Part shown: piece by piece, positions 57,856 to 64,000 of the stretch
How positions within the stretch are numbered: position 1 is the first letter of the stretch
Layout of the letters: every line of letters begins with the position of its first letter
Assembly: GCA_963692915.1 (NCBI GenBank)
Contig: OY843584.1
Coordinates: 288,001-352,000, forward strand
Source: Cenarchaeum sp.
Lineage (GTDB): Archaea; Thermoproteota; Nitrososphaeria; Nitrososphaerales; Nitrosopumilaceae
Direction of reading: 5' to 3'
Length of the DNA: 64,000 nt
Notes under the pieces: generated by a model
Seen by the model: only the letters and a program-made list of their open reading frames with translations
What the model was told of the DNA's origin: nothing
The model's database searches: none
Translations under genes and position numbers: made by a program

Positions 57856-60173
57856 CGGGCCTGCAGGCCGTGCATGGGACCAAGGTCGGCTGCATATTCG
57901 GTGAGGTCGGCGGGAATCTCCATGTCTATTGGGTCCTTGAGCGAGAGGCCGCGGCGCTTTTTCTCGTTCCAGACTGACGAGTTGAACTCTGTTATGGCCC
58001 GTGTCACCTCGCGCATCGAGCGCGCGCCCTGCGGTGAGGGCATGGACTCTGTGTGTATGCTTGTGCTCGAATAGAGGCTGCGCCATAGGTGGTCTGTGAT
58101 GAACGGCGTGATCGGCGCGAGGAGGCGCAGGACCGTGGAGAGGACCGTGTGGAGGGTGTGGCGTGCGGCATCGCGCTCCGCGTCATCAAAGCCATCTCCA
58201 TACGCGCGCGCCTTGGCCATCTCGACATAGTGCGCCGCAAACGTTCCCTTGACAAACTCCCTGACTGCAACTGCGGGAACGAAAAAGTTGTGTTCCGCAT
58301 ATGCGGAGGCGCACTCGGAAACGAGCGCGTCAAGCTCGCCGAGTATCCACGTGTCAGTCGCGCCTGCGGCACCAGCACCCTCGCCGGGGTCGGGGAACGC
58401 CGAGACGAGGCGCGCAACGTTCCATATCTTGCTGAGGGACTTTTTGGTCGACTCGATCTTTTCCTCATCACACCTAAAGTCCTGCCCGTGGCCGGCCTCG
58501 CATGCGCTCCAGAACCGAAACGTGTCTGCGCCCACGCGCCTGATGAGCGGGAGGGGGTCAATCACGTTGCCGCGGCTCTTGCTCATCTTGCCGCCACGAG
58601 AGTCGAGGCCATACCCCATCACCCATGCCTCGGCCCATGGAGCCTTGCCCGTGAGCTGGTCGCAGCGAAGGAGCGTATAGTAGAGCCACGTGCGCACAAT
58701 GTCCTTGCCCTGCGGCCTCACGGCGGCCGGATATGCCGCCGCAAAGAGTTTCTCATCTCGCCCGTATCCGGCAATAAAGAGGGGCGAGACGCTAGAGTCC
58801 ATCCACGTGTCAAACGTGCGCGTCTCGCCGGCGAGCGCACCGCCGCACTTTGTGCACTCTGGCCATGGTGCCTTCTCTGCCCACGGGCGGACATACTTGC
58901 CCGGCTCGGGGACGTGGGTCTCGCCGCATGACTCACAGCGCCATATGGGTATCTCGGTCCCATAGTAGCGTCGGCGCGATATGGGCCAGTCTATTGACAC
59001 AGAATCGAGCCAGTTGTAGAGTATCTGCCTGTGCGACTCTGGCCTAAACGTGATCTGCGCGGCAAGCTCGCGCATGCGATCCAGCGCGTCGAGCTGCCGC
59101 AGGTAATACTCCTCGAGCGGGACTATCTCTATGGGGTTTCTGGTGCGCTCGGAGACTGGAACGCTGTGCCGTATCCGCTCGCTCTTTGTGATCGTTCCGG
59201 TCTCCTCGAGGTCGGCAATGATCTTTGCGCGGGCCTGTTTTGGGCGCAGGCCTGCGTACTTGCCGGCCGCCTCTGTCATCCTGCCGTCGAGGCCGATCGA
59301 GGCGACCTCCTCGAGTCCAAGCTCGCGAAAGAGCGCAACGTCGTTCTGGTCGCCATAGCTGCACACCATGACGGCACCGGATCCAAACTCTGCCTTTGCT
59401 GACGGGTGCGCGAGAATCTTGACGGTGTTGCCAAATATCGGCACCGTTGCGCCCTTGCCTATGCTGCCGGCATGGCGAGCATCCTCGGCATTTACGACTA
59501 TGGCGCGGCACGCGCAGAGGAGCTCGGGTCGCGTGCTGGCTATCGTGATGGACCGGCCGCCCTCCACGGCAAAGTCCATGTGAACCAGGTCAGTCTCGGC
59601 CTCTGCGTGCGCAACCTCGGCGTCAGCGACGCTCGTTCCAGCCACCCAGTCATAGTTTGTGGGCCGCGTGGCGATGTAGACCATGCCGCGCCTCCACAGG
59701 TCTATGAACGTCGCCTGCGTGAGGGCGCGGTACTCGGCCGAGTCGGTCCTGTAGCGCCCCGCAATGTCAGCCGACATGCCAAGTGACTCTAGCGTCATGG
59801 CCATCTCGTCCTCGAGGTCGTCAAGTGACTCGGCGCAGAGCCTGATGAACTCGCCGCGCTCAGTCTCGGCCATGCGGATTCCATGCTTTTTCTCCGTGTA
59901 CAGCTCGACGGGGAGGCCGTTGCGGTCTATGCCGAGCGCAAAGTAGACGTTCTTGCCGGCCATGCGCTCGGTGCGCGCTATCATGTCGATCTGCGCATAG
60001 TGGGCCGCGGCCCCAACGTGCCATGGCCTGCCAGAGGGGTACGGTGGCGGCGTGTCAATGGTGTAGCACCTCTCGCCGGCCCTAAACTCGCATATGCGCT
60101 CGGCGGCCCATGCCTCAAGGAGCGGCGCCTCTAGTGCGGGATCCCACGCCTTTTGGCTGATGCGCGGCTCCAC
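57852..60173 (-). CDS. valS: Valyl-tRNA synthetase
   Basis: IDTPPPYPSG, HVGA, DWPISRRRYYG, DTWMDSS, KMSKS. Confidence 0.95.
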   Translation of the reverse strand: MEPRISQKAWDPALEAPLLEAWAAERICEFRAGERCYTIDTPPPYPSGRPWHVGAAAHYAQIDMIARTERMAGKNVYFALGIDRNGLPVELYTEKKHGIRMAETERGEFIRLCAESLDDLEDEMAMTLESLGMSADIAGRYRTDSAEYRALTQATFIDLWRRGMVYIATRPTNYDWVAGTSVADAEVAHAEAETDLVHMDFAVEGGRSITIASTRPELLCACRAIVVNAEDARHAGSIGKGATVPIFGNTVKILAHPSAKAEFGSGAVMVCSYGDQNDVALFRELGLEEVASIGLDGRMTEAAGKYAGLRPKQARAKIIADLEETGTITKSERIRHSVPVSERTRNPIEIVPLEEYYLRQLDALDRMRELAAQITFRPESHRQILYNWLDSVSIDWPISRRRYYGTEIPIWRCESCGETHVPEPGKYVRPWAEKAPWPECTKCGGALAGETRTFDTWMDSSVSPLFIAGYGRDEKLFAAAYPAAVRPQGKDIVRTWLYYTLLRCDQLTGKAPWAEAWVMGYGLDSRGGKMSKSRGNVIDPLPLIRRVGADTFRFWSACEAGHGQDFRCDEEKIESTKKSLSKIWNVARLVSAFPDPGEGAGAAGATDTWILGELDALVSECASAYAEHNFFVPAVAVREFVKGTFAAHYVEMAKARAYGDGFDDAERDAARHTLHTVLSTVLRLLAPITPFITDHLWRSLYSSTSIHTESMPSPQGARSMREVTRAITEFNSSVWNEKKRRGLSLKDPIDMEIPADLTEYAADLGPMHGLQAR

Positions 60174-60178
60174 CGGAA

Positions 60179-60988
60179 CTACCTCCGGAGACTCGATATT
60201 ATGTGCGAGCCCTTGTTGTTGCCCTCGTATATGTACACGCCAACTGCCTCGACGTTGTCTGGCAGGAGCGGCGAGAGCCGGCGTATTATCTCGCTTGACA
60301 GGTTTTCAACAGTCGCTTCGCCGTCAAGCGCGTACGTTGTGTCTTTTGGAACGCGCAGGTCAAACGTTCCCTTTGGACCGTCAAACCCGACACGATAGTG
60401 AAGATCGTCCTCGTCTGTCACATACTTGCGGTTTATGAAGAACTTGTGGTCAAATGCGCCAATGACGCCCCTGACCATCTTTTTTGCCTCTCCAAAGTCC
60501 ATGAGCAGCCCGTTGCGCGTCTGCCCGACAAGCTCGACCATCACTGATGACGTGTGGCCATGGAGTATTGAGCACTTTTCGACTAGTGGGAGTATGTGCG
60601 CATAGTCAAACGTAAAGGAGCCATCCTCTATGAATATCGAGCCGGCATCTCCGCTGTCAGTCTCGCCGTATGACACAATGTCGTCAAGCTCTCCGGCGCG
60701 TGCGGCATGGCGCGCATGGCCTATGCCAAGAACACTGCCGGCGTTGGATTCTTTTAGCGCATTGTACCTTGCGAGATCCTCGTCCGAGTCGATGACCTCG
60801 ATGAGCCCGTGCTCTGTCACAAAGTCTGCCCGTACGGGCCCGCTTGCTGTATCTACCTCTGTCCCGTACTTGTAGTCGTGTCCCAAAAAGTCAAGCATCC
60901 TCGCCACTGAGAGCTCTGTCCTCGACCTGAGGAGGTTCCCCCTTGCGTCGACATACCGAAAGTCCGAGTCTAGGACAGGTTTGGCCAT
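60179..60988 (-). CDS. queD: 6-carboxytetrahydropterin synthase (QueD/PTPS) with extra N-terminal domain
   Basis: FDYAH...C...HGH, MDFG, FDHK, TVENL, YE. Confidence 0.8.
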   Translation of the reverse strand: MAKPVLDSDFRYVDARGNLLRSRTELSVARMLDFLGHDYKYGTEVDTASGPVRADFVTEHGLIEVIDSDEDLARYNALKESNAGSVLGIGHARHAARAGELDDIVSYGETDSGDAGSIFIEDGSFTFDYAHILPLVEKCSILHGHTSSVMVELVGQTRNGLLMDFGEAKKMVRGVIGAFDHKFFINRKYVTDEDDLHYRVGFDGPKGTFDLRVPKDTTYALDGEATVENLSSEIIRRLSPLLPDNVEAVGVYIYEGNNKGSHIISSLRR

Positions 60989-61099
60989 ATCTGAGCGCAC
61001 GTCCACATGCGTGCGCATATAAAGCCTGCTTCGGGGAGCCGCGTCGGCGTGCGCGTCTCGCATGCCTAAACGCGTGGGGCGCGTGAGCCACTGCTGCAG

Positions 61100-61387
61100 T
61101 CAGGCGCGAAGGGCATCGAGGCGCCGCGCAAGCTCGGTGTCGTTTGCCGTTATTCCACCGGCATCATGCGTCACGAGCTCTACTGTGAGGCGGTTGTAGA
61201 CATTGGCCCACTCGGGATGGTGGTTCATCCTCTCGATCTCCATCGATGCCCTGGCCATAAACCCGAACGCCTCGTTGAACGAGGCAAATTCGTACTCTTT
61301 GTGGAGCTTGCCGCCTCTGACTGACCACCCGTCAAGCTTCCCGATGGCCGCTTCGATCTCCTGCTCTGTGAGCTTCTCCACGGGCAC
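61100..61387 (-). CDS. phhB: Pterin-4a-carbinolamine dehydratase
   Basis: FNEAFGFM, NHHPEW, THDAGGIT. Confidence 0.93.
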   Translation of the reverse strand: MPVEKLTEQEIEAAIGKLDGWSVRGGKLHKEYEFASFNEAFGFMARASMEIERMNHHPEWANVYNRLTVELVTHDAGGITANDTELARRLDALRA

Positions 61388-61575
61388 GGGGTAGACGCCT
61401 TCCCTTATGTGCCTTCAGTCACCCCTGTGCCCATGGGCAAGATTTTGCGATTCTGCGCACGTGGGCTGCCATCACTTGTGTGCTGTGGAACACTCTTCTA
61501 TTTTTATCAACTTTTTACAATATTTAGTCTAACAATCCCAACCAATCCGATTTAAGAAAAATTAAGGACTCGGCC

Positions 61576-62583
61576 TTGCCATTGGCTAGGGCGAAAAAGG
61601 TCACAAAACGGCGCAAGGGCGCCACGCGCAGAAAGGCGACTGCGCGCCGTGGGGCGACGACGCGCCGCCGGAGCGCCACGCGCAAAAAGGCGACTACCAG
61701 GAGATCAGCACGCCGTGGGGCGACGACGCGCCGCCGGAGCGCCACGCGCAAAAAGGCGACTAGGGGCAGCAGTGTGGCCAAAAAGAGGTACCGCTCGGCA
61801 ATAGCGTATCGCCTCCGCGAGATTCCGGTAAAGCAGATCAAGGTGTGGCGTGACGCGCAGGCGCGCAAGCTTGACAGGGATGGCATCACCGAGCTCGCAA
61901 AGTCGATAAAGCATGACGGCCTGCAAAACCCGCCAATGGTCCAAAAGAGCGGGCCGGGTCAGTACCTGCTAATGTCCGGCCAGCGCAGGCTCGCGGCCCT
62001 AAAGAGGCTGCGCGCCAAGAATATACCCGCACTCGTGCTTACAAAACAGTCCGCATATGACCTCGGTGACGCAAAGGCCGCATCAGTAGTCGAGAACCTG
62101 CACCGCAGGGGCATGAAGTCTCGCGACATGGCGTCTGCGTGCGCGTTTCTCGCCGAGCGCATGCCAAAGACGCGCGCAGCGCAGATGCTTGGAATATCAA
62201 TGCCGACGTTCAAAAAGCTCCACGGGTTCGCCGGCGTGCCCGAAGCGCTAAAGTCGCTCACGCCAAAGACGATCTCGCGTGATGACGCCACAAACCTGTA
62301 CCAGGTCGCGCCAAGCATCGCCAATGCGATAAAGATCGCCGAAAAGATCACAAAGCTTGACGCACCAACACGGCGCCGATACATAAAGGCGTACGCGCGC
62401 AGTCCGCACTCCTCGCACAAGACGCTCCTAAAGCGTGCGCGCGTCATGGTTGCGCAGCAAAAGGTTCGCCTACAGCTGACAAAGGGCAACGCGCGCAAGC
62501 TTGCAACGCGCTCAAGACGCCAGGATGTGACTCCTGACGAGCTCGCCGGTGAGATTGTCGCAAAGTGGCTTCGTTCCCACTAG
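61576..62583 (+). CDS. ParB/Srx-domain protein with basic histone-H1-like N-terminal tail
   Basis: ELAKSIKHDGLQNP, LMSGQRRLAA, ENLHR, HTH; about 75 aa K/R/A/T tail. Confidence 0.88.
   Translation: MPLARAKKVTKRRKGATRRKATARRGATTRRRSATRKKATTRRSARRGATTRRRSATRKKATRGSSVAKKRYRSAIAYRLREIPVKQIKVWRDAQARKLDRDGITELAKSIKHDGLQNPPMVQKSGPGQYLLMSGQRRLAALKRLRAKNIPALVLTKQSAYDLGDAKAASVVENLHRRGMKSRDMASACAFLAERMPKTRAAQMLGISMPTFKKLHGFAGVPEALKSLTPKTISRDDATNLYQVAPSIANAIKIAEKITKLDAPTRRRYIKAYARSPHSSHKTLLKRARVMVAQQKVRLQLTKGNARKLATRSRRQDVTPDELAGEIVAKWLRSH
61645..61762 (+). repeat. 52 bp exact direct repeat (66 bp period) in the ParB tail
   Basis: 61645-61696 is identical to 61711-61762, encoding RRGATTRRRSATRKKAT. Confidence 0.92.
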
Positions 62584-62930
62584 AATATACCGAACTTGCT
62601 AGTCTCCATCTCTTCCTTTATCGCAAGCTTGAAGCGCGGGGATTTCTTGCCTACCCTGGTCTCTAGGAGCTTTAGGAACTTTTTGTCGGTTCCCTTTCCC
62701 TTTAGCGACTCAAAGTCGGCTCCCATCTGTCCGGCCACCCTGTGGACCATGTTCCTCGTGACGCTAACGACGAAAAAGTGCCACCCAAACGCAAACTCTG
62801 AGTCTGTTATGCGAAACTCGTCCTTTGCGTGGACCGACTCCTCTAGCATGCCTAGCTCTAGTCGCAGCGCCTTGCTCGTGGCGTCATAGTCGACTGCCGA
62901 GACGTTGATGTTCAGCGCGTCATGCATCAC
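62580..62930 (-). CDS. Conserved hypothetical protein
   Basis: TDSEFAFGWHFFVVSV; convergent overlap with the ParB gene. Confidence 0.75.
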   Translation of the reverse strand: MMHDALNINVSAVDYDATSKALRLELGMLEESVHAKDEFRITDSEFAFGWHFFVVSVTRNMVHRVAGQMGADFESLKGKGTDKKFLKLLETRVGKKSPRFKLAIKEEMETSKFGIF

Positions 62931-63178
62931 GCCGGCGCGCCAAACATGGCATTAAATTGCTTTGTGGGCATGCCTGCAGTGGCACGCCTGCCGCAGGCGC
63001 CGTGTGGACTCGGGCGGCAGGGGTATGGGCTCAGCACCAGCGGCTCATTTGGTCAGGTGGGCGCGATCTGGTCGTTCTACTAGTCGTGGGGGCACCTGCA
63101 TGAGAATGAGCTGGAGTGATGTCGGCCTTATATTGTGGGGGCTGAACATTTATTAAGTCCGTAGGGTTGTCTTGTTCC

Positions 63179-63328
63179 ATGGAAAACGACGAGTGCGCTA
63201 GCACAGAGTCTACAGTTGAGACGAGCCCTGGCACCACCAGACGGATAACGTTCGGCAAGGCGAGGTTTGTAAGTGCCAAAGATCGTGCACGTCTAGCAGA
63301 ACGCGAGAATGCTGAATCGGGATCCTAA
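63179..63328 (+). CDS. Small hypothetical protein (49 aa; below the ORF-track cutoff)
   Basis: TTTATTAA at about 63150, ATG 63179, stop one base before the next ATG. Confidence 0.4.
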   Translation: MENDECASTESTVETSPGTTRRITFGKARFVSAKDRARLAERENAESGS

Positions 63329-63329
63329 T

Positions 63330-63962
63330 ATGGCTCCATTGGGCGATCTGTCTAATGCGCAAGGATCCATATCTGGTGATGTCGCCATGTCTTTTTTCGA
63401 GCTGCTCTGGAGGGGTGTAATGATGGGTCAGTGGAATGTAGAGCGTATCAACGCCAAGGCAAGGGCTACACTTGGAACAGGGGCGACGACTCTGTCTATA
63501 CTTGTTATTGGAATAGTGGGCTTTGCGACAGTTTTTGAGGGGAATATCGATAATCTTGCCCCGTTTGCTCAAATGCCTGTGTGGATGCAAGGCTTGATAT
63601 CGGCTTGTGTATTCTTTGGGGTGATCAGCATATTGGTGTCGTTGGGATTTGCCACCATGTCCTTGCGCGCATTCATGGTATATGACCCTATAGCCTATGA
63701 AGATTTTACAACAAACAAAGATGGTGTTGGTGGTATCGATGTGGACATTTTAGAAAAATGCTCTCCGATGCCCCCTGAAATTGTTTTTGAAATGCATAAG
63801 GCGTACATCCATCGATTGCAAGATCTGGGGGCAAATATAGATAACATGGCTCAACACCTCCAACGTAGTCAATGGTTTTTACTCGCTGGACTCACGGCCA
63901 TTGGCATTCCATTGCTGCTGATATTGGGGCGCCTGTTCGCCATTTCCATTTTTGGGGCATGA
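63330..63962 (+). CDS. Three-TM membrane protein (Pycsar-effector-like topology)
   Basis: ERINAKARATLG then two TM helices, a soluble helix and a C-terminal TM; lower GC than flanks. Confidence 0.6.
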   Translation: MAPLGDLSNAQGSISGDVAMSFFELLWRGVMMGQWNVERINAKARATLGTGATTLSILVIGIVGFATVFEGNIDNLAPFAQMPVWMQGLISACVFFGVISILVSLGFATMSLRAFMVYDPIAYEDFTTNKDGVGGIDVDILEKCSPMPPEIVFEMHKAYIHRLQDLGANIDNMAQHLQRSQWFLLAGLTAIGIPLLLILGRLFAISIFGA

Positions 63963-64000
63963 TCACCTGGCTTCACGCTGGGTGTGCCGTGACGCACATG

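Noticed and set aside
1-64000. CRISPR array or cas operon suggested by the Cas4-like and CARF genes
   Set aside because: No regularly spaced repeat-spacer array and no cas1/cas2 or effector genes were seen.

Overview
GC-rich archaeal chromosomal segment from an ammonia-oxidising Nitrososphaerota (Thaumarchaeota; Nitrosopumilaceae/Cenarchaeum-like, possibly a symbiont). The lineage call rests on topoisomerase IB, bacterial-type MetK, a CFI-box-CTERM surface protein, intron-containing tRNAs and leaderless genes behind TATA boxes. Most of the window is core genome: rpl10e, metH/metF, aglB, nop10, aIF2-alpha, a cobalamin cluster (cobO, cbiA/C/X/G/D), metK, Lsm, a RadA paralog, Lhr, RPA, aconitase, coaD, trpS, pheS/T, a multicopper oxidase plus ZIP transporter, a radical SAM protein, topo IB, pdxS/T, valS, a QueD fusion and five tRNAs. 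Several accessory islets interrupt it, most of them AT-rich. The most striking is 29.9-31.9 kb, an overlapping three-gene operon. It encodes a DNA methyltransferase frameshifted at a G12 tract (candidate phase variation), a PD-(D/E)XK restriction-like nuclease and a divergent TATA-binding protein whose C-terminal TFB-contact stirrup is charge-reversed. Other candidates are a CARF-wHTH regulator divergent from a PIN nuclease with a palindromic operator, tandem SocA/Panacea-like genes split by an IS5 remnant, a structured ncRNA candidate at about 32.2 kb and a ParB protein with a histone-H1-like tail. No CRISPR array or rRNA gene was seen. All calls come from motif recognition by eye; no database searches were run.
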